A stretch of 63,690 nt of DNA, filler included, from Ministeria vibrans ATCC 50519 (GCA_943704425.1; 7 parts of 7 records of this genome joined end to end with filler, not necessarily neighbours in it); one strand, 5' to 3'. Positions 1-13,598 are shown, numbered from the whole stretch's first letter. The notes: generated by a model from the letters alone, not told the origin. Program-made: numbers and translations.

Positions 1-2752
1 CATCCCCCCCAGTTGCACCACCGGATCGTCGTTCAGCTCCAGTCCGTCCAGTGAACCCACACTCGACAGCAGCGGCACACGCCCCATTCGCGCCCATCGT
101 CCAATCAGATCCTGTGCCGCCACAAACTCAAGTGGCAGTGTGCGATCCCGCACAGCCTTGTGCATCGCCGTGCTCACTGCACCCAGTCCAACTCGCTCAC
201 GGCTGCCCACCTGAAAAAACGGCACACCCCGTGTTTCCGGTGGCATCATCAGATGACTGCCAAGCACAGGCCCGACCAATCGCAGAATCTCACGCGAAAC
301 AAGCGAAACCAGATCGTCGGGGACAGTGTTCTCGGCGAACGTGTCAATGTGAGTGCCGACAATGATGACGCGGAAGTACGACTCGGCCGTGGTGGGCACC
401 TGATGTGCAATGATGTCCGCCCACTTCGACAGGTGCTCGTACTGTCGTTGAGCCTTGCGAGCAAAGTCCATGACGGACAGGTCAAAGACAAGCACGTACA
501 CCGACTCGGAGCCCATGAACAGTGCTGGAAGTGAATCGTACATCGACTCACCTGTCCATAGAAATAGATGAGCACTCGTCAGCAACCAAACAGAATATAG
601 TTTCACTTTATCTCACCTGCAAAGTCAAAGGTGTCCATGTCAACGTGCTCTTCACGTAGCTCGCTCTCCAACAGTCCTCGCACAAACGCCATCTCCGTTG
701 ACATTGTGGGCTCAGCCGACGGTGCGACTGTGGGCGCGTCACGAGATGATGCACTGCTCACACTTGCTGGTCCAGCGTCTGCATGCGGAGCTGAAACAGG
801 CGTAACAGTAGGTGCAGCTGTGGTTGATGGGTGGTGAGGCTCAGCCGCTGCGTGGGATGGACCAGATTCCTCCTCATCAGTGCTGTTCGTGTCCTCTGCC
901 ACTTCCTCTCCCTTCTCCTCCGCCTTCACCCCCATCACACTCCTCAGATGAAACTCATCCACCGGCACACTCACAAACACCCCCATTCCCTCGTGGTAGA
1001 CCATCCGCAGTTTGTGCAGGCGCGTTGCCACCGACCGGTCCTCTTCGCCCGGCAGTGTCTCGCCCCTCAGCGCAGCCACCAGAGCAGTCTTGCCCGCCTC
1101 CGTCGCACCCAAAAACAGCACTTTGATCGACCGACTCACCACTGACCCACGAGCCAGTGCCGCAGAGAACGCAATGTCGGAAGGACGCAGAATGCCACTA
1201 AAAAAAGAAAAGCGAGTCAATGAGTACTACATCAGTGCATTCTGTTGGATGCAGTTACGGAATGTTCAGCTCATGTGTGGGCCATTGTGCCTCACTTCCA
1301 TCTTCACAGTGTGCAATGAGTGTCTTTCCATCCGACGACAACTCAATCGCTGTGATGGTGCTACACATTCAATACGAGGTCAGTTACACACGTACAAATA
1401 GTGTGTTTCGTACCTGTCAGTCGCACTGAGAGTCTTGAGTTGTGTTCCCTTTGCAATGCTCCGTACTTTCAAGATGTTATCGGAACTATGGAAAATGGTC
1501 TTTCCATCACGAGAGAGACACACTCGTCGATAGAGCCTGAACACAAAAAACAAATGTGTCATCTTACAATCTCACTCTTCTTTTTTGCTTTGATTGTGTA
1601 CCTTGAACGGTCCGCAAAAGTGCGCACACACTCTCCCGAATGCACATTCCACACTCTGACTCCGCCAGATCCACAACTGACCACAAGCGACTCATCAGAG
1701 CTATACACTGCTGATGTGACACCACTAAACCAAAATCCAGTCAGTCAGTTCCATTTCACTCTTCCCATTCTCATACTCCAAATGACCAGTCAGTGTTTTT
1801 GTGCACGCTCCACTTTCACTTGACCATAGCTTGATTGTCTTGTCTCCCGAAGCACTGAGAATGGTCTTTCCATCGAGTGAGAATCGCACTGACCAAACCC
1901 ACCTACAAATCCAATTCCATTCCAAATCCAATTCCCATTCACTCTCTTTCTCTTACTCTTCGTGTCCCTCAAATGTCTTTTCGCACTCTTTCCTCTCAAT
2001 GTTCCACAATTTCACTGTCTTGTCAGCTGAACCACTCAGTGCTTTCTTTTCATCCGGTGAGAATTGCACATCCAACACAGAACTACAACAAGAGTGAAGA
2101 TCAACTCACACAAACACTGAGTCACAATCAATCGTACCTTAAGTGTCCCTCAAATGTGACTTTGCACTCTTCTCTTTCAATGTCCCACACTTTCACTGTC
2201 CCGTCATAGGAGCCACTCAGTGCCTTTTCGCCATTGCGAGAGAACACGCCAGAATACACAGCGCTAAAACAAAAATCACAACAGATTCCACGAGTGAACA
2301 TTTCTTACTTTTTGTGTCCTTCCAGTGTCTTTTTGCACTCTCCACTCTCAATGTCCCACACTTTGAGTGTTTTGTCCCCGGAAGCACTCAGAACACTCTT
2401 TCCATCGCATGAAACATCGACAGTGTAAATCTCACTACGAATGACAAACAAACAGTCAAAATAATCCCAACCAGAAAGTGTCCACTCACCCTGTGTGTCC
2501 TTTCAGGTTACGCACTAATGTTTGGTCTTTGGTCCTCCACACTTTCAGCTCTTCACTATAACCTCCACTGATAATCGACGTCCCATCGGGTGTCACTGCC
2601 ACACCGCAAATGCCCTTGCGGTGCCCTTTGATCGACGCCAGAGGACACTCAATCTGATTAGTTCCCGTCTCACTCTCACCAAACAGAATCACTCTGTTTG
2701 TGTGTAGATCCGCATACGCAACAGCACACTCGCCGATGCGCACGAACGGCAT
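1..2752 (-). CDS. WD40-repeat + Roc GTPase (ROCO family) protein, 3' end runs off the window
   Basis: Manually spliced exons 2752-2490, 2434-2309, 2263-2138, 2082-1957, 1902-1777, 1724-1602, 1536-1414, 1360-1259, 1197-617, 551-1, all GT-AG and in frame. WD40 repeats (e.g. [36 protein letters not shown]), then Roc motifs [30 protein letters not shown]. Confidence 0.9.
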
Positions 2753-3597
2753 CCTACACCACCAAAGACAACGCTCAATCGTTGCAAATCGCCCTTTCGA
2801 CTTCACTCGACGACAAAACAATCAAATCATTCGACAAAACCAAAAGAGTGAAACCGTTTTCGTTCCAAAATCCCAAAATCCACAAACAGTCATTCACAAC
2901 GACGGGAGGGCATGTCACCCCCTCCGTACACGCCGACTGCACCCCCCCTGCCGCGCATCATTCCCCAAAATAAAATATGTTCGACTGATTTTCGTCCCAC
3001 AAAAAAAAACAAAACACTCAAACTTTTGAAGGTCACCACAAAACGACTAGGGACGCGCAGACACACACCGGCACACCGCACAATACAAATATGCGTACCT
3101 GGGCGTGTCGGTGGTCGGTCGCAGTGGGCGCAAACGGAGCAGAGAGTGCAGTTCGTGGCGGAAAAGAAGTCACTCTCTACAACACACCATCAGCATCACT
3201 GCGCTGCTGCGTGTGCTGCACCACAGGCAATGCCTACCTGTAGCTGCGGAGTGTGCCGTGTCTGTCAAAATGAAATAATGAATAAACAAATCTGATTGAA
3301 ATTTGAAAATACTCAACAGACAACAGTTCAATGATTATCATTGTAAGTTTGGGACGAACAAAACCACTTTGAATATTATTATGGTTCCCACCCACGGTCC
3401 TCTTCTCTCCCTTTCCCTCGGCTAACATAACTGCTAAGTATACGTATAAATAACGTAGGCTAGTGAGGTGCGAAGTAGCTTCGGGTTTACTATTTCCTAT
3501 GGTTCAAGACGTGCCGAGACAATGTGGAGAGGAAGTGGAGACTGGAGACTGGAGAGTGACTGGAGACAATGAGGGGAGATCGAGAGTGCGGAAAATT

Positions 3598-3630
<33 letters not shown>

Positions 3631-3864
3631 CAGAATGGACAGGGGGTTGATTATGAGTTCATTATGAGAGTGGCGGTCTGACTGGGTGTCGCGGACACGT
3701 GCAGATGAAGAGGACGTCGAGTCAGCGTTGAATTGCTGCCGACAGCGTGAACCCACGCGCACTGGGGGAGGCAGGACGATTGCGAAACGACGATTTGGTT
3801 CCGGGTTGGTTTGACTAAAATTCCGTGGGGGCTGAGGACAGGTATTGGCAATAAATTCATTTTA

Positions 3865-4446
3865 TTACACTTGAATTTGGATCTGCTTTTGCGACAATAC
3901 AGTGCACGAAAATGTGTCATCCCTGGTGTATGTTCCTCCGACAACAGGCGGTCCGCCGGAATCGAATTCCTGAAATTTGCATAGGTACGGGCTGTTACCG
4001 ATCACCGTGATATGCATGACGGTGGAGTCAATTGGCTGTGTTTTGACGGCCAGAGTATTTCCTGTCGACCCAGTTGCTTGGTCGACGTACATGTCCAGGG
4101 TGCAGTAGAAGTACCCAGTTGAGAGCTGCATAAAAAATACAGAAATGATTGAGTTGCTCTATCAAAAGTCCAGCAAAGGAATAAAACAATAATAATTATT
4201 ATCATGAACGGAATAATATTATTATTATTATATAGGCTTGATTTAAACTTTTTCCATGACACATAAAACATGAACAAAACACACCTCAGTGCAACCAGAA
4301 CGGTCGTAGCGGCTTGCATCGGTTGCCCCTGAGGCTTCAATGGAAAATCCTGAACCAGAGCAGTACACCTCCTGCTGGCAACGAGTGAAGTCAGCAGAGG
4401 CACTTCCGATGAGCATCAGAGCAACGCATAGAATCGCACGAATCAT
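3865..4446 (-). CDS. Small secreted Cys-containing protein, unknown family
   Basis: Signal-peptide-like MIRAILCVALMLIGSASA. Exon 4446-4285 splices in phase 0 to 4125-3865. A further exon ending near 3651 is possible. Confidence 0.55.
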
Positions 4447-4560
4447 GGAGTTATGCTAAGCAAAGTGCATAAAAACGGTTAGTGTACTATTTTTGATTGA
4501 ATTACATTTAATTAACAGCATCACGAATGAGAAAAAATAATAATAATAATAATAATAATA

Positions 4561-4625
<65 letters not shown>

Positions 4626-5258
4626 CAAAACATCATTGTCCAAATATCGTAGAATAATATAAAATCAGTCACAGATGAACATAAAGAATCAGTCTGTTAG
4701 AGTAACCCCAAAGAACCCTTTGAGGCTTCTTTGAGCCTATCAACCCTCAAGTTGGATAAAATAAAACACACTGCCAAATGGCCACATTGGACAATTGCAA
4801 GCTTAGCACCGGAGACAGTTCCCCGGGTGAGAGAAATGATTCAAAAAACGATGAATAAAAAAAAACATTCTCAAAACGAACTCAAAACGTCTCTTCTTTT
4901 TCAGCGCCGTCCAACAAAACGCTATCTCAGAAACCACATGTGTGAAGTGTTTGCTTGGCAACACAGTAAGCTCTAAGCGATGACATTGGCGGTACTGGTC
5001 GTGTCGAAAGGCGATCCAAAACACGAAGTCCGAAACCGAGAGTCCACCGAGAGGGACCTAACGCCTCAGGCAGGGGAAAAAAAAAAAAGGTACACACATG
5101 ACCCGCAAGACTGAAAAAACAGCCAACGCCAATCATCACGACTTTCACAGTGGTTGCACCGTATTACACACCACCCACATCCGTGATCCGCGCTTGAAAC
5201 CCTCCTCGCGATGGTACTCTTTTTGAACTCTTTTTCGCGAAAAAAAAAAAAAAAAAAA

Positions 5259-5358
5259 NNNNNNNNNNNNNNNNNNNNNNNNNNNNNNNNNNNNNNNNNN
5301 NNTTAATTAATTAANNNNNNNNNNNNNNNNNNNNNNNNNNNNNNNNNNNNNNNNNNNN
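5259..5358. other. Artificial contig linker (N-run, TTAATTAATTAA, N-run)
   Basis: All-frame stop linker. The same linker occurs at about 10945-11044, 21561-21660, 39672-39771, 51000-51099 and 62488-62587. Confidence 0.97.
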
Positions 5359-5395
<37 letters not shown>

Positions 5396-5449
5396 TGCCT
5401 TCTCTCTTACTTTCTCTTTGTTTCTTTCACCTTCCTTTCTTCCAAACAG

Positions 5450-5890
5450 GAGCGCGAGGGGGAGATTCAATCGCTCAAGCGGCAAGGGGCCGCGGGACGT
5501 GCGCTCGCCGGCGAACTGACCGACACCTTCCGTCCGGCCGTCATGTCCAACAAGCGTTGGAAGGACGACTCGGAGGTGTCCGCTTGCGAGTCGTGTGAAC
5601 GCAACTTTACTATCCGCAGAAGAAAAGTAAGGAGCGTTTTATAGATCGGTTTTGTAGTCTCATTGTCTTCTCTCGCGACTTTTTGTATCTAGCACCATTG
5701 TCGCGACTGTGGACGTATCTTCTGTAGTTCATGCTGCAACAACTGGCTGCCGCTGGTCAATGCGACAGGACAGAGCTTCAAGAAGGCGCGTGTATGCGAT
5801 CGGTGCCAGTCGGTTATTCTGCGCACGTGCATTCGCGCGGCTGCACGACTCAAGAAGGAGCGCCGCTCCTCCTCTTTCAGCTTCAAGTAG
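5450..5890 (+). CDS. C-terminal FYVE zinc-finger protein (RUFY/EEA1-like arrangement), 5' partial
   Basis: Spliced reading WKDDSEVSACESCERNFTIRRRK|HHCRDCGRIFCSSCC...ARVCDRC contains the WxxD, RRHHCR-type and RVC FYVE motifs. Confidence 0.9.
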
Positions 5891-6059
5891 ATATGTACAC
5901 ATAGTAAATTTTTTAATGATATTTAAGTCACCAAAATGCGCGAGAGGGGGGTAGAAGAAAAGCAGAACAGTGTAATGCAACAGAGGGGGGTATGGAATGA
6001 GTAATTAACGTGTGTACGTATAAATGTGTGTGTCTGTGTGTGTGTTTGCGATTGTGTGC

Positions 6060-8425
6060 TCATGCAATGACACAGCAACCTCCACCGCCCTTGGCATTGC
6101 TGCCGGCACAGCCGAGAATGGACTCGAGCAGGTCAGAGTCAAGGAAGGGTCGCGACGACTGCCGATTGGCCGCATTGCAGATGCGCTCGGCGTCCTTGTA
6201 AAGCGCAGTCATTCCTGAACAAACAAACACACAAACAAACAAAAAAAATTATTATTATAGAGGCACGGTCGAGAGTTGTACCTGGACTATGGCGGCTGAT
6301 GACCTTTTGAAAAAGAGCGGGCTTGATCTGTTCGTTGTCGGGCACGTTGAAGATGGCGCGTGCGGCAAGGAAGGAGCCCTTTTTGAGCGACGAGGCCATG
6401 AGCGCCGCTGCCACACCCTCATCAGCGTGCTTTTGAGCAATGTGGAAGAAGCTGTCCTTCTGGCCCAGCTTTCCGGCGAGCTTGAGCAGTGCTGCAGCCA
6501 TCTTGGGGTTGCGGTCGATACCGTAGCCCTCGTTGACGCAGATGGCGGACAGATAGGCTGCTTCGGCGGCGGCTGCCTCCTCATGGATGGTCTTTTTGAC
6601 TGTGCCAAAGACGGGAGTGGGGTGCTTGCTGTCGTCGAGCGACGAAATGCTCCACGTGTTCACTGCCGAGTCAACTCGCTTCTCGGGAATGCCTGCCGCC
6701 AGACACACACCCGTCAACACTGCGGCATAACGGCTCTTCTCGGCCTGTGCCAGCTCCCACAGGTCGGCCACTGAGTCCTCGAGCTGCGCAACAGTCGCAC
6801 CCTTCGCAGTGATGGCATCGATAATCTCGCGCATGCGCTTGAAGTAAGGCGGCTCCATCTTGTTGGTGCGTGGCGGCGGCAATGATGGCGGCGGCGGCGG
6901 ACGCACAAGCGGGTGGATTTCAGGGGCAGAGGCTCGAGGCGCACCGGGGGCAGCAGGGTTGCTCAGCTGGGCGGGTGTCACGGCGTACGCCTCTTCCATG
7001 CTCTCTTCGCCAATGGTGTCTGTCGAGGGGTTTGCTGCTGCTGCCATCGCCGTGTCGGTGGTCGACGGGGCCTCTGTGGCGTCAGCGGACGCTTTGCGAT
7101 CAACCAAGCTCGAGCTTTGATCGGCCATTTCCATGGCACCGCCTTCCTCTGCAATGGGTGCAACACTGCGTCGCGCCGCGGCTCGCTGTGCCGACGCCGG
7201 AGGGGCTCGACCGCGCTTGCTGTGACGAGGCCCGCTGCGCTGCGTTGCCTGGTGACGTGCAATGACGTGCTTTTTGGCACTTTCAGACTCATCGTTAGTC
7301 ACATCCTCAATAACCGCATTTGACGGCATCACAGACTACGCGGGTGCGGGAGATTAGCAACACAACACACCACACAAAATGACGACGAGAGTAAAGAGAG
7401 AAGAGCGCGAAAAGAGCGCGCGGGAACGTACGTCGAGATTGGAACGAGCAAAGGCGAGAAACTGCTCGAGAGTAATGTGGCCGACGCGCTCCTTGTCCGC
7501 CACACTGAAACACGCTTCGCAGCTGGTCATGGCTGCCTTCCGCGGCTTTCCGTTAGCAACAAGCGCCATCACAAACTCCTCTCGGTCCACGTGTCCTGCA
7601 AGAAACACACAAAGGGTCGTGATGAGGAGCAGAGCGTGCCGAGCAAAAAAGAGGGAGAGTCACATAAGAATAATAATAATATTAAACAGGTCTCATCGGG
7701 AGTTTGGCACAATCACTGTATCAGAGGCGGAAAGACATGCCACTAGGTGATAGGCGTGTACAACACAGTAACCGAAGACAGTGGATTGCTCGGAAAGCGT
7801 CGTTGCAGCGACATTCGCAGAGAGGAAGAGGGAGAAAGAAGATGTGCTTGAGATGAACGGCATGCGCCACAAGACCAAGGTTGTCTCCAATANNNNNNNN
7901 NNNNNNNNNNNNNNNNNNNNNNNNNNNNNNNNNNNNNNNNNNNNNNNNNNNNNNNNNNNNNNNNNNNNNNNNNNNNNNNNNNNNNNNNNNNNNNNNNNNN
8001 NNNNNNNNNNAAAAAAAAAAAAAAAAAGAAAAAAAAAAAACACATGTTGGGATTGTGGAATGGGAAAGGAGAGGACTGCACACACGCAAGCGGCGTTGAG
8101 AAGAGGGCGGTGGGCGGTGGGAGGGCGGGGCGGGGGAGGGCGGGCGCGCGGGGGGGCTCGTACCGTCGCCGTTGACGTCCATGTCAACAAAGGCCTTGCG
8201 CAGGTCGGAGATGGTGTCGTCGAGCATGTACTGGACGTACTCGGCCTGCGACAGCCGCCCGTCGCCGTTGTCGTCAATCAGCCCAAACTCGGCGATGGCG
8301 TCGTCCTCGCCAACGCCCTTGAGCGCTTTCGCAGCGATGAATTCGGTGATGTCGAGAAACCCGTCGTGGTTGGTGTCGTAGATCTTGAAGGCCATTCGCG
8401 CCATCTCCTTGGCGAAGCCGCTCAT
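6060..8425 (-). CDS. Four-EF-hand protein with low-complexity linker, SEL1-like helical region and C-terminal CaaX
   Basis: EF loops DTNHDGFLDITE, DDNGDGRLSQAE, DVNGD|GHVDREE (rebuilt across the gap-containing intron), DKERVGHITLEQ. Splices into ORF 7332-6280 (EGYGIDRNPKMAAALLKLAGKLG). Last exon ends GGGGCCVIA*. Confidence 0.7.
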
Positions 8426-9218
8426 GGTGTCGCACGGTGTTGCTGTCGCTGTTGAGGGGGCCAAAGAGACTAAAGAGAGTGAAATGAATTGGCAATTGCC
8501 GATCAGTCGTGTGAAAGCGGTTTTAATTTGCGTGAGAACCACAATAATTATTTTCACTCGGTGTTGATTCCCAAAATAATAATCCGATAAACAATGCCAT
8601 TATGTCGGTTCACAGCCACCACAGTCCAAGCACGCGTCAGCGCCACAGCCGCATCAGTTTGATTTGTTACTTGTTCCCTGTTCACTGTTGGCTGCTGCTC
8701 GGGGTGCCTGCACTACTCGATGCTTGCGTTGCTGTGTTGCCGCCGTTCGCTTGCAGCCGAGTGATCACCGATATACTGAATATTTGAGTAAACAATGGCC
8801 ACTTGGCGACAGCGGACAATGCAGTAAGCCCAGTGAACGAAGGTTTAGACTTGTGGCGTGAAGACGTCAAACAGGCCGCGAAGAGGCGGTAGGGAGGAGG
8901 ATCACGTTTGTTGCCAGCAGCCATTAACTTACCCGTCGTTGATCACAGTTTCACGTTTTTTCGAATAGTAAAAGAGTGCTATTGCCCATTGGCCATTGTC
9001 CATTCCCTGACATGGCACATGCCTGTCCAATGTCCATTGGTTAATGGTTAATGACTATTGGCTGGTAGCGCCTTAATGCCCATTAAATCATTAAGCGATA
9101 TATTGGACAGTCATATGACAGTCACGCACACAATCATTTGACTTATTTTGTGAGTTCTTATTTCATTATTTTCACATTTTTTCTATTAGTCCTTCTCTTG
9201 ACGCACATAGTATTCACC

Positions 9219-10817
9219 ATGGGATGGGGCACTGATTTATGGGTATGTGGAAGTGTCCTTTTCGATTTGTCATCCGGTTCCTCTTCCTTTCTCCTCGTCC
9301 ACGGCGCACCCACCGTCGATTTGATACCAAGCGTCATTGCCTCGTTGCCTACTGCCATGGTTTGAGTCGTCTCTCGTCGCTTTCAGTCCACAAAAAGAGT
9401 GTTTTGGCTGTTTTTTTTCGCTTTTCTTCTTTGCCCCTGGGCCCAGCACGTCCCGACGCTGCGAAATGGCGTCGTCGTACCTCCTGTCTTTGGTGAGAAG
9501 CAGGGAGTTTTCTCCCCAATGCGATGACAACGCGTCGCATTGCGCTCCCTTTTGAAAAGTGTGTTTCTCTCGTCCGCACGCCGTCGTGTGGACCGCCACG
9601 GGCTCAAGGCTGCGCTGTGGGGCACCCACGGACGCCGCGGGGGCGGAATAAGGGTGTGTGGCGGTGCGCATTGGCTCATCCGGCTCTCTTTTGCTCTTTT
9701 GGTGGTGCAGGACCAGACCGAACTGCTCGACTACCATTCCAAGGCCGGCATCGAGTTCTCCCACACCGTCGGCAAGTTTGTTCACGCACGCGTTAAGGCT
9801 GAGTACGACTACGCACGCGTACTCCATCAGATTTCTAAGGATTTCAAGGTAGGAAAAAACGTTTTTTTTTTTTGGTGTTTGTTTGGGCATCTCTCGAGCA
9901 ACAGCGGCGTGTCTGCGCTGACACGGCGTGCTTGGTTTAGGCGGAAAATGAGAAGCGCCTTGCGCAGTTTGAATCGTAAGAGGTCCTTAGAAATTCTTCT
10001 CATTGGGCCATAACGCACTTTTTTTTTTGCCCACTTTTGCACTTTTGACAGAACTCAAGTGCTCGCGTTTGATCGAGTGCTCGACTTGAACGACGCAACG
10101 GCGACCGAGCACGAAGCGATGGCGGAAGCGATGGAAGCCAACGTGGCGACGCTGCTGTCGACCACGGCGATGGAGCAAAGCAAGGAGCGCGAGGCACTGC
10201 TGCAAGGCATGACACGCATTAAGCAGACCATTGCATCGCTCCTCTCGGACGTCGACAAAGTATATGGAATAGATGCGCGTGTATGGGCACTGCGGTGTTG
10301 ATGCGGTTTATGTTTTGTGTAGTGGAAGCGCAACTATGAAAAGTGCTTCAAAGAGAGCGAACAGGCGCGAATGGACTATGAGCGAGCAGACAAACTGCGC
10401 AAGAGCAAGAAGGACGTTGAAAAGGTACCAAGATCAAAATAAAGTGGGCTGTGTGGGGGAGCTGACCAGTATATATGTACACATATATGTGTGTAGGCGG
10501 GCAGTCTGTACCGCACCAAGGGGAAGCTGACGGAGGATGCGCACAACGAGTACATTATGGCCGTCGACAAGTCCAATCGCAAGAAACGCGACTTCTTCAC
10601 TACAGAACAAGTGAGACGTGAAATTTCTTTATGCATGTATGTGTGTATGTGATGCTGACAGTGTGGCTTGCATAGGCGGCTGCCTTTGATGATCTCGAGC
10701 GTCTTGAGCATGTGCGTGCCGAGACCCTTTGCACTGCGTTTGAGGCTTTCTCCGTTGCAGTCAATCTGCCCATTGACTCGCTCACCAACGTTGCCTCTCA
10801 AATATCCGCCATTGCAA
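9219..10817 (+). CDS. F-BAR protein of the CIP4/FBP17/Toca-1 family, 3' partial
   Basis: MGWGTDLW|DQTELLDYHSKAGIEFSHTVGKFVHARVKAEYDYARVL matches the family N-terminus MxWGTELWDQ; coiled-coil exons follow. Confidence 0.85.
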
Positions 10818-10879
10818 GTACGATCTCTCCCTCTCTCTCTATCACTTTGTTTCTTTCTCCCTCTCTCTCTTTCTTTGTT

Positions 10880-10914
<35 letters not shown>

Positions 10915-11045
10915 CACTTTGTTTCTTTCTCCCTCCTCTCTCTCNNNNNNNNNNNNNNNNNNNNNNNNNNNNNNNNNNNNNNNNNNNNTTAATTAATTAA
11001 NNNNNNNNNNNNNNNNNNNNNNNNNNNNNNNNNNNNNNNNNNNNT

Positions 11046-11802
<757 letters not shown>

Positions 11803-12053
11803 ATCGCCCCTTAGTCTCCTCCTACCCCCACCCAACCCCACTCAACCAAATGAACAACACCATGTCAATTTAAAAAAAAAATTATAGAAGAGTGAGAGAG
11901 GGAAGTATTTTTACCTCACCTACCGCATCACTGGCGAGTCCTCTGCCTAGATCGCCCCTTAGTCTCCTCCTACCCCCACTCAACCAAATGAACAACACCA
12001 TGTCAATTTTAAAAAAAAAATTATAGAAGAGTGAGAGAGGGAAGTATTTTTAT

Positions 12054-13447
12054 TTAGTAGCGATCGGTTACATCAACATCCAATCGATTGTTGGCAACCA
12101 CGTCAAAGGCATCGCGAAACACATCAAACTCAGCCTAGGCACAAGGGACAAGGCAGAGACAGTGTAAGTAAGACAGAGTATGTGTGCGAGTGGGGACAGA
12201 GTGGGGAGCAACACAAAAACATGCACACACATTCAGAGGTGGTAAATACCTGGTCCTGGATGGGCACGAGCGAGCCGTCCTCGGCAAGGTAGTTGACGGC
12301 CACAAGGTAGTTTCCCAAGTGCTGCTGGACGTTGCTAATGAGCTGCTCGTACGTGCACGACTGCAGCACCTGCACTGTGCCCACGACAATCTCGGACACG
12401 GCGCCGTTATAATGCACGACAATTTTAGCCGGCTCATTCTACGCAAAAGGGAGGGTTGTGAGGGAGGAAAGAGAGGCACACACTTGCGTACCGACGGTGG
12501 TGGTTGTGCTGCGGCGGCCGCAGACGCAGAAGCAGAACTCGCGTACAGTGACGTCCCTTTGCTTCTGCACACACACACACACACACACACACAATTTAGT
12601 GTTGTTTTTCTTTGTTTGGTTTTTGTCGGTACCCTGTACTCCTGGGTGCCGCTTCCCTTTGAGGCTTGGCAACCTTCTCGGTGGGCGGAGGGCGGGTGGT
12701 CAGTGATTTGGTGGTGCCACTGAGCTCTTCTTGCTCCGTATCCTCGGAAGTGTGCTTGAGAAACTCTGCGACAATGTCACTGCGCGACAGCTTGGGCGGA
12801 CACTTGAGTAGTGCGTTGAGGTACTCTTGCAGCTGCGGTCGACGCTCCTCGGCGACGTCAGCCACGGCGCTGCGCGACAGCAGCTTCTTCGAGGGGAGTT
12901 GAGGCAGAATGCGGTCGCTTGACTTGTGCTTGCCCCCTTCAATGGGGAACTTCTTCTTGAGGTTCGACTCGAGGTCGTCAAACTGGCTGTACCGTCGAAA
13001 GATCACGTACTCCGCCTGCTCGTCCGCCGTTCAGCGCAGATGATGAGATGGGAAGGAAGAGAGAGAGAGACAGAGACAAAATGAGAAAAAAAACCCCCCG
13101 CCAAATTTGAGGCAAGATAGACCTCATTTGCTCGCTTGCGGGTGCGTACCTTTCCCTCACGAGACACTAGGATCTTGTAGATGTAATATTTGGACGGCGC
13201 ATAGCGCTTTTCTACGTCTTCAATGACCGCCGAGAGGAACTTGGGTTTGTTCTTGTACTGTTGCTCCTGAAGTAGCAGACCAGGGGCGCAACGGACAATG
13301 GGAGGGGAGAAGGGGGAGGGGGTGGAGTGTGATGTCGTGGACGCAGCAACAGAGTTGAGAGTGTCAATACAGAGAGGAGAGAGAGAGAGAGAAATAAAAT
13401 ACCTGATAGTGCGACAACATGTCCTTGTCGCTTGCATGAGGTGCCAT
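12054..13447 (-). CDS. PX domain (Tks4/Tks5/p47phox type) + PB1-like domain protein
   Basis: DVEKRYAPSKYYIYKI...IFRRYSQFDDLESNLKKKFPIEGGK...RILPQLPSKK; C-terminal KIVVHY...VNYLAEDGSLVPIQDQ resembles a PB1 acidic motif. Confidence 0.8.
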
Positions 13448-13598
13448 ATGGTGGTTAGACCACATTTTGAGAAGGGTGAAAGGGAAAAGCGAATGTATTT
13501 GATGTACCAATGAAGTGAAATGTTGATAATAGCAGATTGATAAGCTGATTCGTCAATTTTGCAAATTGCAAACTTGTAAGTGACTAGTTCTTTTTACG

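Noticed and set aside
5303-5314. TTAATTAATTAA flanked by Ns, six times, as a biological repeat or piggyBac target site
   Set aside because: Always centred in a 100-nt N block; it is an artificial all-frame stop linker.
11914-12050. Second RPS27A gene or alternative last exon
   Set aside because: Only the last codons and UTR are repeated, with no clear acceptor; more likely an allele assembled in tandem or a local duplication.
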